A stretch of 61,066 nt of DNA, from assembly GCA_027340875.1 (NCBI GenBank), contig DAIENX010000104.1, forward strand, positions 1 to 61,066, in the 5' to 3' direction. The position numbers and the translations under genes were made by a program. Positions 34,714 to 43,512 of the stretch are shown here, piece by piece (position 1 is the first letter of the stretch; every line of letters starts with the position of its first letter). Source of the stretch: Elusimicrobiota bacterium. GTDB lineage: Bacteria > Elusimicrobiota > Elusimicrobia > Elusimicrobiales > UBA9959. The notes under the pieces were generated by a model. The model was not told the origin of the DNA and searched no databases. It worked only from the letters and a program-made list of their open reading frames with translations.

Positions 34714-35358
34714 ATGAAGAGACTCATTCTAGCGGCCGCGGTCGTTTTCCCGGCGGTATCCGCCCATGCCGTTGATTTTCAGCTGGACCGTATGACGGTG
34801 CCGGACCTGATGGTCGCGGCCGAGCCCCAGGCCGTACCGGCTCCGGCGAAGGACGAGGTCCCGCAGGACCTGGTCAACAAGTTCCAGCGGTTCAGGAACG
34901 ATATCTCACGCATTGAGAACGACACGATCTGGCTGCGCAACGATATCGACCGCCTCGAATCCGACGCGCGCAGGATAGAGCAGGGCACCTCCAACCCCTT
35001 CTTCTCCAGTGACCTGCGCAGGATGAAGTCGGATATGGACCGTCGTTACAACGACCTCCAGCGTCTCGCGTTCGATATCAAGGACCTTCTGAACAATGCC
35101 GTCAAGGACGCCGGGCTCAACCAGCTGGCCCGTGATATAGAGAGGGACGCCCGCGACCTGGACAACCGTTTCCAGTTCGAAGTGCAGAACTCCGCGCAGA
35201 GACTGGAGGATACCGTGCGCCGCATAGATCCCAGGCTGATAGGCTACGATGCGCAGTGGACCGCCTCCGATCTCAGCCGCGTCTGCCGCGATATCCAGTG
35301 GAAGACCCGCGACATGCGCTGGGACGCTCAGGACCTGGTCCGCAAGACGCAGCCATAA
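34714..35358 (+). CDS. Secreted helical/coiled-coil protein of unknown function
   Basis: Signal peptide (AHA), AGGAGG SD, heptad pattern RNDISRI-ENDTIWL-RNDIDRL-ESDARRI. Confidence 0.8.
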   Translation: MKRLILAAAVVFPAVSAHAVDFQLDRMTVPDLMVAAEPQAVPAPAKDEVPQDLVNKFQRFRNDISRIENDTIWLRNDIDRLESDARRIEQGTSNPFFSSDLRRMKSDMDRRYNDLQRLAFDIKDLLNNAVKDAGLNQLARDIERDARDLDNRFQFEVQNSAQRLEDTVRRIDPRLIGYDAQWTASDLSRVCRDIQWKTRDMRWDAQDLVRKTQP

Positions 35359-35374
35359 AGGCGGTGCCGGACCG

Positions 35375-35406
35375 ACGCCCCGGGGCCGCGAGGCACGGGG
35401 CGTTTT
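35375..35406 (+). terminator. Possible terminator/stem-loop
   Basis: acgccccg...gcc-gcga-ggc...cggggcgt followed by ttt. Confidence 0.45.
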
Positions 35407-35428
35407 CATGAGGAGAGATGGAGCATGT

Positions 35429-36067
35429 ATGGAACAGCAGATCGGCGCCCTTAAACTCATGAAGCTGCAGAGTGCCGCGAAGGCCCTTCGCGTCAACGGT
35501 TTTTCCGCCGAGGTCTACGCTTTCGGCCGGGAGGCGGCCGATGCGGTCCTGAGGCTGGCAGGCAGCGGCAGGAAGATCGGGGTAGGGGGATCCATGACCG
35601 TCCAGGGGCTGGGGCTCCCGGCGGCGCTCGAGAAGGCCGGCAACGTTATCGTTACCCATAAGCCCGGGATGGACGCGGAGCAGAAGCGGTCCGTCTGGCT
35701 GGAGGCGCTGGCTTCCGACATCTACCTCGCTTCGCCGCAGGCCGTCACCATGGACGGCAAGCTCATCTTCGTGGACGCCAACGGCAACCGCGGCGCGGCG
35801 GTCACGTGGGGCCCCCGCAGGCTGGTACTTATCGCCGGCGTAAATAAGCTCGCTAAGGACCAGGAGGAAGGGCTGTGGCGCTCGCGCAATGTCGCGGCCA
35901 TCGCGAACAACATCAGGCTTTCCAAGGATAATCCGTGCGTCAGGACCGGCCGCTGCGCGGACTGCGCCTCTCCGTCCCGGATCTGCAACGCGGCCACTAT
36001 ACTCTGGAAGAAGCCCTGGCCGGCCGATATCTCCGTGCTGCTGGTCAACGAGGAACTGGGCTACTGA
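35429..36067 (+). CDS. LUD-domain (lactate utilisation LutC/YkgG-like) protein with Cys cluster
   Basis: GVGGSMTV, VDANGNR, AGVNKL, PC.RTGRC.DC...RIC, ELGY; start moved to ATG 35429. Confidence 0.85.
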   Translation: MEQQIGALKLMKLQSAAKALRVNGFSAEVYAFGREAADAVLRLAGSGRKIGVGGSMTVQGLGLPAALEKAGNVIVTHKPGMDAEQKRSVWLEALASDIYLASPQAVTMDGKLIFVDANGNRGAAVTWGPRRLVLIAGVNKLAKDQEEGLWRSRNVAAIANNIRLSKDNPCVRTGRCADCASPSRICNAATILWKKPWPADISVLLVNEELGY

Positions 36068-36173
36068 ACCGGCGTATCTTCGCGGGCGCGCCCGCGCTTA
36101 TCTGTAACTTCCGTCAAACGTATCCCCCGTCACCTTACCCCTTCGGGCTATATTAACTATAATATAAGGTGGA

Positions 36174-39100
36174 ATGAAAAAGGCCGTTTGGGCAGGGACT
36201 TGCTTTGCTTTCTTTTCGGGTGCCGCAATGGGAGCCGTACCTGCGGGGGTGGGCTTCACCTCGGCTTCTACCGACTCTGTCTCGCTGGCCTGGAGCCTGG
36301 ATACCCCCGGCACGGAAACCCCTTGGGTGGCTTTTTCCTACGACCCGGCCTTTTCCGTTACTTTAGCCAGCGCAGCGCTTACGCTGGGGCAACAGACCAC
36401 GGCTTATTACGGGCTTTCCTCGAACATGAGCTACTATTTCAAGGTCAAGGTCTCCACCGACCCCGATCCCGCCGGCTACTGCGCCACGGTCTCCACCGTC
36501 ACGCCGCCCGGCGCTCCATCGTCGTTCGCGGTCACGGACCTCGGCATCAGCAGCGTCACGGCGGGATGGGGGCAGGGGAATAACGCGCCGGGAACCGAGT
36601 ACTGGACCGAGCTGGCCAGGGACGACTCGTTCGCGCTCTACTCGCTTTCCAGCGGTACCGCCGTTTCCGCTCTCTACTCCGGCCTTGTCCCCAACTCCAC
36701 TTATTTCGTCCGGGTCAGGACCGTGGGGGTCGGCGGCCAGGACAGCGGCTTCGTCGAGCTGTCCACCATAACCTTCTCCTATCCTCCGGGTTCGGAGGCC
36801 TACGCGCTGGTCTCATCCACCACACTGTCAGTCATCTGGGACGACAACGGCAATCCGGCCGGCACGCGCTACGAGATAACGGAATCCACCGACGCCTTTG
36901 CCACCGCCAATTATTCCACGGTCACGCCCGGCGGCTGGTTCGAGGCCTCGTCGCTGCGTCCCAACACCACCTATTACTACCGCGCGGCCGCCTACGGCTG
37001 GGGCGGGGCGTATTCCGGCATAACGACCTTCGGTTCCACCATGACCTATGCCGCGCCGCCGGCCCCCAATCCTCCCGGTCTCGGCGTTCCCGACGCCACC
37101 TCGGTACAGACCCAGTGGTCCGCCAACGGGAACCCTAACTTCACCGAGTACTACGTGCAGGTCAGCAGCTCCGCCGACTTCTACGGCGACGACTACGGCC
37201 CCAAGGCCTGGTTCAACGGCCCGGCCTATAACGTTACGGGGCTGGAATCCGGCAGGCTTTATTATTTCCGCGTCGGCGCAAGGGACACGATAGGCAGGCC
37301 CAGCGGCTGGCTGGGCCTGGGTTCGGCCGCCACGCAGGCCGGGGCGGACAATACGCCTCCCTCGGTGACGGACCTGCAGGGGGGGGACGACAACTGGCGC
37401 GGCTCGGCCAGCGGGGCCTACATGGTCCATTTCTCCGACCTGGGCTCGGGCCTGGACCGTTTCCAGGTGAAGGTCACTACCGGCCCGTCCTTCAGCGGCA
37501 CGACCGTGGCCGACTGGACCGACGCGGTGACAGGAATAAATTCGGACAGCTATGCCCAGGATTGGGTGCTGCCGGCGCCGGTGTTCGGCGCGATCCAGGA
37601 GGCGGTAACGAGCTACGTATCGGTGAGGGTGTACGACAAGTCCGCGAACAGCACGGTGTATCCGGACGCTTTTTACGTCCTGCGGGACACCTCCCCGCCG
37701 ACCATAACGAACAATGCCGCGTCGCCGGCTGGTTGGCTGGCCGCGGACCCGGGAAGCGTGTTCGACGTGGACGCGGCCGACGCTCTTTCCGGACTGGGCC
37801 AGCTGCTCTACAGCGCCAGCGCGAGCGCCGGCGCAGCGGACGGCGGCGTGCTCGGTTGGACGGCGGTTCCGGGCTTCTCCACCGGCCCGGTATATACCGC
37901 TCTGTGGGGGGTGGATTTCACGTCGCTCAAGGACGGCGTCACGAATTACATAAGCGTCCGCGCCATCGATAAGGCCGGAAATCCCGTCACGCTGGCCGAC
38001 GCCTTCAGGATACTGAAGAACACTGTCGGCCCGGCGATGTCGATAATCACGCCTTCCACCGCCTATGTTTCCACGGTATCCGCGGTTTCCGGGGCCGCCG
38101 CCGGCATGACGGAAAGCAGCCCGCCTACCGGGAGCCAGGTCTCGCTGCAGGAACTGACGGGAAACTTGTATTTCGACGGCGCCTCCTTTTCCTCCGTCTC
38201 TCAGGTCTGGCTGGAAGCCCAGGGGCTGACCTCCTGGTCTTATAACGCGTCGACCGTGCCTTTCTCCGCCGGCACGCAGTATAAGCTCTCCGCGCGGGCT
38301 CGGGACGGCTCCGGCCGTATCACCGCTCTGCCGTATCCGTCGGTCACGTTCAGCCTCGACCAGGTCCCGCCTACGGTCTGGCTGTCTACCCCGCTGGCCG
38401 GCACGACGGTCTACGCGCTGGACGCCGTGGGGGGAACAGCCGCGGACGCCGGCGGCGCCGGCCTGGCCGAGGTCGATATCTACATGCGGCGCGTCTCTGA
38501 CGGCAAGTGGTGGAACTTCGTGTCAGCGGACTGGGACACGGTGCAGGTGGCCAGCGCGGTCCCCGCCGGAGCTTCCTGGACGTTCACCCCGGGTACGGCC
38601 CTGCGGGGCGCGCTGGCCAACGCGCAGCAGTACTTCGTGGCCGCGTTGGCCAGGGACGCGGCCGGGCCGCCGAACGCCTCCTCGTTCGGCATGGCCGGCT
38701 CCACGTTCACGTGGCTGGACACCGTGCCGCCGGAGGCCGTCGCCGACTTCGCCCCGTCCACCGGGACGTCGCCCGGCCGCATAAGGGTCTCCTGGACCTT
38801 CCCCGGGGACGACGGCGGCCTGCTCGCCCTTACCTACGGCCAGTTCGCCATACAGTACTCCACCGACCCTGCGGTCGTCTTCGCCACGCGGTCCGCCCAG
38901 GTGCTGATCTCCACGGCCATGGTGCGGCCCGGATCCGCCCAGGCCTATACCTTGTCCGGCCTCACCCCGGAGACGACTTATTACCTGCGCATGTGGGTGA
39001 AGGACGACGCCGACCTCTGGTCCTCCGCCTCGCCGCTGTCAGGCACGCTGTCGGGCGACCGCCTGAACGATATGATAGCCGGCACCATAAAGACGCCTGC

Positions 39101-39890
39101 CGGCGCAGGCGTCACCGGGGTCATAGTGGACGCGGTCTCTTCCGACGGGATCATCGTCGCCACCGCTTATTCCCTGGACGACGGACTCGGCTCTTTCACG
39201 CTGAGCCCGCTGCCGGACGGGCTCTACCGTGTGCAGGCCACCTGGACGGAGCATGGCTTCGCCAGCTCTATAGCGAAGGACCTGGTGCCGATGGGCTACG
39301 CCGACGCCAATTTCGAGCTTTCCATCGACTACGCGCTGGCCAGCGTCTCCGGCGTGCTGCCGGCCGCCGTACCGGCGGCCATCGGTCCGTCCTCGGTTTC
39401 CGGCGGCGAGGCCCAGCTCTGGCGCGGCACCCGGCTGCTGGCCAGGACCTACGCGGACGCGGCCGGCCGTTTCACCATACGCAACCTCATACCCGGGGCT
39501 TATACCCTTCGCGCGAGGGCCGGCGGCGGCGCCTGGAAGTCCCTGGACATACAGCTCGCTCCGGGACAGGACCTGCAGGTGAAGCCTCTCGGCGTCATTC
39601 TGGCCAGGGGGGCGGTCTACGCCTATCCGAACCCTGCCTCCTCCAAGGTGACCTTCCACGTCGAGAGCGGCGTCTACCCGGTGAGGGTCCGGATCTCGGT
39701 CTTCTCGCTCGACGGCTCGCTGGTCAGGACGGCCGAGGGGGCCATTTCAGGCTCTGCTCCGTACGAATACACCTGGAACTTCTCCGGGAACGCGCCGGCC
39801 AGCGGGATATATTTCTACACGGTGAGGATAGAGGACGACCTTGGCGGCGAGACGGCCGTCTCTTCGCGCAAGTTCGCGGTGATACGATGA
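36174..39890 (+). CDS. Secreted FN3/Ig-repeat protein with T9SS-like C-terminal sorting domain (cargo A)
   Basis: Signal peptide; GLxPNxTYY FN3 repeats; AYPNP...FSLDGSLVR...ASGIYFY...RKFAVIR; TATAAT at 36158. Confidence 0.85.
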   Translation: MKKAVWAGTCFAFFSGAAMGAVPAGVGFTSASTDSVSLAWSLDTPGTETPWVAFSYDPAFSVTLASAALTLGQQTTAYYGLSSNMSYYFKVKVSTDPDPAGYCATVSTVTPPGAPSSFAVTDLGISSVTAGWGQGNNAPGTEYWTELARDDSFALYSLSSGTAVSALYSGLVPNSTYFVRVRTVGVGGQDSGFVELSTITFSYPPGSEAYALVSSTTLSVIWDDNGNPAGTRYEITESTDAFATANYSTVTPGGWFEASSLRPNTTYYYRAAAYGWGGAYSGITTFGSTMTYAAPPAPNPPGLGVPDATSVQTQWSANGNPNFTEYYVQVSSSADFYGDDYGPKAWFNGPAYNVTGLESGRLYYFRVGARDTIGRPSGWLGLGSAATQAGADNTPPSVTDLQGGDDNWRGSASGAYMVHFSDLGSGLDRFQVKVTTGPSFSGTTVADWTDAVTGINSDSYAQDWVLPAPVFGAIQEAVTSYVSVRVYDKSANSTVYPDAFYVLRDTSPPTITNNAASPAGWLAADPGSVFDVDAADALSGLGQLLYSASASAGAADGGVLGWTAVPGFSTGPVYTALWGVDFTSLKDGVTNYISVRAIDKAGNPVTLADAFRILKNTVGPAMSIITPSTAYVSTVSAVSGAAAGMTESSPPTGSQVSLQELTGNLYFDGASFSSVSQVWLEAQGLTSWSYNASTVPFSAGTQYKLSARARDGSGRITALPYPSVTFSLDQVPPTVWLSTPLAGTTVYALDAVGGTAADAGGAGLAEVDIYMRRVSDGKWWNFVSADWDTVQVASAVPAGASWTFTPGTALRGALANAQQYFVAALARDAAGPPNASSFGMAGSTFTWLDTVPPEAVADFAPSTGTSPGRIRVSWTFPGDDGGLLALTYGQFAIQYSTDPAVVFATRSAQVLISTAMVRPGSAQAYTLSGLTPETTYYLRMWVKDDADLWSSASPLSGTLSGDRLNDMIAGTIKTPAGAGVTGVIVDAVSSDGIIVATAYSLDDGLGSFTLSPLPDGLYRVQATWTEHGFASSIAKDLVPMGYADANFELSIDYALASVSGVLPAAVPAAIGPSSVSGGEAQLWRGTRLLARTYADAAGRFTIRNLIPGAYTLRARAGGGAWKSLDIQLAPGQDLQVKPLGVILARGAVYAYPNPASSKVTFHVESGVYPVRVRISVFSLDGSLVRTAEGAISGSAPYEYTWNFSGNAPASGIYFYTVRIEDDLGGETAVSSRKFAVIR

Positions 39891-39901
39891 GGCATAAGGA
39901 T

Positions 39902-41635
39902 ATGAAGAAATTCCATCTAATAGCCGTTTCCCTGCTGCTGCCGGCGGCTGCCGCGGCCCAGAACCTGGTCGGAACAGGGGCATCGGTCCATGACTCCGCC
40001 GGGACCTTGCGCGAGACGTTCACCAGCGGAGAGACCATAACTCTGCGGCAGGGCGTCAACGTCCTGGCTACCGACACCTCCAGCGTGCAGTTCAAGTTCG
40101 AGATACTCAACCCGGCCGGCACCGTGGTGTTCACCCATACCGGCAACGCGGCGCCAGGCACCGCCGGAGGCGCCCAGAGCCAGCTGGCGGGCATCTCGGT
40201 CAATTCCTTCTATTCCTCGCCCGGCGACTATACTTTCAGGGGAACGGCCACGCAGACCCCGTACACCCCGGTGGTGCAGACCACTAGCTTCCTGATCTCT
40301 TCCCCTAACATAACCCTGATCTATCCGCCGTACGGCGCCCGCGGCCTTTCCGACGACCCGCTCACCTTCCGCTGGACGGCCAGCGGCGCCAGCAAATACC
40401 GCGTCACGGTGGCCGATAACGCGGGTCTCTACAACGAGCTGCACTCGGCGGTCAACTCAGGGACGAACTATTACAGCTACCCGCAGAACCCCACGCGGCC
40501 GCGCGAACAGCTGGTCCCGGACCAGGTCTACTACTGGAAGGTGGAGGGCCTGGACGGCAGCAATAACAAGATCTCCGAGAGCAACGTCTACAACTTTTCG
40601 CTGAAGGGCCAGGCCTCGGCCCAGACGCGCAACGTCGCCGTCACCAGGCTGGACCTCTCCTCTCCCATGTCCTACACCAACCCGGTCAGCTTCCGGGTGA
40701 CGCTCAGCAATACCGGCTCCGCCACGGAATCCAACATCTCGGTCAAGTTCTCGCTGGGCGGCGTTGCCTCGCAGGACTCTCCCAAGCAGGTGGCCTCGAT
40801 AGGGCCATCCGAGCAGACGGACCTGACCTTCACGGCCTTCATGCCGGCGGGACAGGATCAGGCGCTGGCCGTGGCCTGCGCTGACCTCTTCGACGACAAC
40901 ATGCCTGATAACTGCAAGACCAGGCTGCTCGCCCCGGACGCCACGACCTCGGCCCCCGCCGGCCCGGGCAGGAAGCTCAGCTACGACGAGATGTTCCAGG
41001 CCATACTGCAGCGCCTGGGGCCGGACGCGGCGAAAGCGCTGGAAGGCTACACCTTCGAGAGTCTCTCGTGCCCGGACTGCACGCAGGACGAACTGACGCA
41101 GGTCGTCGCCGCCCTTATCAGCGGCGACGCGCAGCTGGTGAGCGCTTCGGTCACGGACACCGGCGGTCCGGCGGAAGCCGCTACTACGGACGCCGCGGCC
41201 GCGGCCGCGTCCGAGACCCAGGACAGCGAGAGCCTCGAGCTGGCGGAGGAACCGTCCATAGACATGTCTTCGCTGGCGGAGAAGGTCCCCGGTGAGTGGA
41301 GCGGCTACACCGACTTCCGCGGCAAGCAGGCCTCCACTTTCGTTATACGCGGCGTAAAGGAATGGCGCAAGCTCTGGAACTCCCTGTCCGAGGAGGCGGT
41401 GCCGGACCTGGACTTCGCCTCTTCGATGGTGGTGGGCGTGATCTCCGGCTCCGAGGACAGGGCGGCGGCCGTGCGCCTGCTGGGCAGCCGCAAGACGGAT
41501 GACGGGATAGCTTTCGATTACTATCAGATAGAGGCGGCGCGCGGGGCGGAGGTCCCCACGGCGGCCTATATCTTCCGCGTTTTCAAGCGCTCTGACGAGA
41601 AGGCCTCCTTTGCGAGGCTGGACGTCAAACGCTGA
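39902..41635 (+). CDS. Secreted Ig/FN3 + CARDB-like + PrcB-C-like protein
   Basis: True start MKKFHLIAV after AAGGA; QVYYWKVEG; VTLSNTG...DDNMPDN; CPDC; FVIRGVKEWRKLW...VPDLDF...VVGV resembles PrcB C-terminal domain. Confidence 0.75.
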   Translation: MKKFHLIAVSLLLPAAAAAQNLVGTGASVHDSAGTLRETFTSGETITLRQGVNVLATDTSSVQFKFEILNPAGTVVFTHTGNAAPGTAGGAQSQLAGISVNSFYSSPGDYTFRGTATQTPYTPVVQTTSFLISSPNITLIYPPYGARGLSDDPLTFRWTASGASKYRVTVADNAGLYNELHSAVNSGTNYYSYPQNPTRPREQLVPDQVYYWKVEGLDGSNNKISESNVYNFSLKGQASAQTRNVAVTRLDLSSPMSYTNPVSFRVTLSNTGSATESNISVKFSLGGVASQDSPKQVASIGPSEQTDLTFTAFMPAGQDQALAVACADLFDDNMPDNCKTRLLAPDATTSAPAGPGRKLSYDEMFQAILQRLGPDAAKALEGYTFESLSCPDCTQDELTQVVAALISGDAQLVSASVTDTGGPAEAATTDAAAAAASETQDSESLELAEEPSIDMSSLAEKVPGEWSGYTDFRGKQASTFVIRGVKEWRKLWNSLSEEAVPDLDFASSMVVGVISGSEDRAAAVRLLGSRKTDDGIAFDYYQIEAARGAEVPTAAYIFRVFKRSDEKASFARLDVKR

Positions 41636-41675
41636 CGCGCGGCTTTGGTTGAACGAGATGGTGAAGGGAGGAGTT

Positions 41676-42410
41676 ATGAACAGGAAGATGAAGTTCGCGG
41701 CGGCGGCAGCGGCGCTTATCGCCGGCGGCCTTGCGGGCTGGGGGCTGACCGCCTCCTGCGCGCCCCAGGTGGCGGCGGTGGCCGTGTATATCGACGGCGA
41801 AGTGCAGGTCAAGCGGGCGGGCGAGGCCGCTTATTCGGAGCTCAAGGTCAACGACATGCTTTACGGCGGCGACAACATAAAGACCGGCAAGGGCGCGAAG
41901 GCCGGGCTCGTGACCAAGGGCGGCGCGGAGGTGCGCCTGAACGAGAGCTCGGAGTTCGAGATCTCCAAGGGCGGGAAGCTGCGCGAGATGCTGAAGCTCT
42001 CGTTCGGCCAGCTCTGGACCAGGATGCTGCATAAGATGGCCAAGATCAACGTGCGTACGCCTTCCGCGGTCTGCGCGGTGCGCGGCACCGAGGCCGATAT
42101 AGAGCAGAGGAGCCTCCTGACCGTGAAGGTCTACGAGGGGCACGTGGACGTGCAGAACTCGCTGGGCAAGCAGTCCTTGCGCGCCGGCCAGATGACCACC
42201 GTGACCGGGCCTAACGCCGCCCCGGAGGCAGCCAAGAAGATGTCCGGGCAGGACGCCGGGAAATGGCAGGAAGGGGTGAAGGTCAGCGACTATGACAAGT
42301 TCATCAACCTTCTCAAGGAGAGCGCCGATTCGGGCAAGACGCTGAAGACCAGCGTGCGCATGCCGGACGGCAGCGTGAAGCAGATAGAGGGCGGCCTGAA
42401 GAAGAAGTGA
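41676..42410 (+). CDS. FecR-domain exported protein
   Basis: GEVQVKR, GDNIKTG, VRLNESS, TPSAVCAVRGT, VKVYEGHVDV, LRAGQ; GGAGGAG SD. Confidence 0.85.
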   Translation: MNRKMKFAAAAAALIAGGLAGWGLTASCAPQVAAVAVYIDGEVQVKRAGEAAYSELKVNDMLYGGDNIKTGKGAKAGLVTKGGAEVRLNESSEFEISKGGKLREMLKLSFGQLWTRMLHKMAKINVRTPSAVCAVRGTEADIEQRSLLTVKVYEGHVDVQNSLGKQSLRAGQMTTVTGPNAAPEAAKKMSGQDAGKWQEGVKVSDYDKFINLLKESADSGKTLKTSVRMPDGSVKQIEGGLKKK

Positions 42411-42444
42411 GAGCGACACTGACAGGTCACGACGCGGAGGAGAT

Positions 42445-43374
42445 ATGAGACCGGGAATACTATTCGCCGTATTGCTGCTGTCGCGCGCGGCGCCTTGCGC
42501 CGCCGCGGGCAGTTCGGCGGCGCAGTTCCTCAGCCTCGGTTTCGGGGCCAGGGCGCTGGGGATGGGGGAGGCGTATACTGCGGTCTCGGACGACATATCC
42601 TGCGTCTATTATAACCCGGCCGGCCTGGCGGCGGGGCAGGAAGGCCGGCAGCTGGCCTTCTCCCACGCTTTCCACCTGGAGGGCACGTCGGTGTCCCAGG
42701 CGGCGTATATGAAGCGCCCCTACGCGGCGGCGGTCACGTACTTCTCCGCCGGGGACCTGGAGGGGCGCGACGCGTCGGCGAACCCGACCGGGGATTTCAC
42801 CGCCAGGGACGTCGCCGCGCAATACTCCCGGGGCTTCCGCCTGGGACCGCTCGCTGCAGGCGCCACCGGTAAGCTGATAAGCCAGCGCATCAAGTCCAGC
42901 GGGGCCACGTCGTTAGCGGCGGACCTGGGGCTGCTGTACCGGCTGGAGGGCACGCCGTACTCGTTCGGCGCCGCGGTCACCAACCTGGGGACCAGGGTGA
43001 AGTTCGAGGAGGAGAGTTTCCCGCTGCCGCTCAAGCTGAAGGCGGGCGCGGCGGCCTCTTTCGCCGGCCCGCGCCTGCTGCTGGCGCTGGACGGGGAGTT
43101 CCCGAACGACGGCCCGGCCGCGCTGCGCGCCGGGGCGGAATACCGGGGGCTGGAAGGGATAGCGCTCAGGCTCGGCTGGCGGACCACGGCTTCCGGCCAG
43201 CGCGACGCGGTACTGGGCCGCGGCTTCGGGGACGACGTCTCCGGGGTAGCCGGGATGTACGGTTTCTTCGCCGGGGCGGGCTTCGCGTACGCCGGTTTCA
43301 CGCTGGACTACGCTCTGCTCCCCTATGGCGACCTGGGGACCGCTCACCGCTTTTCGGTGGGGATGAAGTTCTGA
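42445..43374 (+). CDS. PorV/PorQ-like outer-membrane beta-barrel (paralog 2)
   Basis: QFLSLGFGARALGMGEA, YYNPAGL, DYALLPYGDLGTAHRFSVGMKF with terminal Phe. Confidence 0.85.
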   Translation: MRPGILFAVLLLSRAAPCAAAGSSAAQFLSLGFGARALGMGEAYTAVSDDISCVYYNPAGLAAGQEGRQLAFSHAFHLEGTSVSQAAYMKRPYAAAVTYFSAGDLEGRDASANPTGDFTARDVAAQYSRGFRLGPLAAGATGKLISQRIKSSGATSLAADLGLLYRLEGTPYSFGAAVTNLGTRVKFEEESFPLPLKLKAGAAASFAGPRLLLALDGEFPNDGPAALRAGAEYRGLEGIALRLGWRTTASGQRDAVLGRGFGDDVSGVAGMYGFFAGAGFAYAGFTLDYALLPYGDLGTAHRFSVGMKF

Positions 43375-43376
43375 GA

Positions 43377-43471
43377 CGGTCCCATGCGCGGGCATGGGAC
43401 CGCCGACCCCGCCGGAGCGTTGAGGCAAGCGCGGGAGCGTCGCAAGGCGCCGCCGGGATTGCCTGAACGCT
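43377..43471 (+). other. Two stem-loops in the leader of the giant fibre gene
   Basis: cggtcccatgc-gcgg-gcatgggaccg (43377-43402); agcgtt-g-aggcaa...gcgtc-GCAA-ggcgc...ttgcct-g-aacgct (43416-43471). Confidence 0.55.
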
Positions 43472-43512
43472 ATGCGTGAAAGAACGTTGATGATCCGCTC
43501 ATGGAGGCGGTT

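Noticed and set aside
38507..39901. 465-codon upstream extension of the 1042 aa ORF overlapping cargo A
   Set aside because: Arg/Gly-rich off-frame shadow. The real protein starts at 39902 with an SD and signal peptide, and no slippery site was seen.
43416..43471. c-di-GMP-I (GEMM) riboswitch suggested by ggcaa...cgcaa...ttgcc
   Set aside because: Too short, and lacks the GAAA-capped P2 and tetraloop-receptor P3. Kept only as an unclassified structure.
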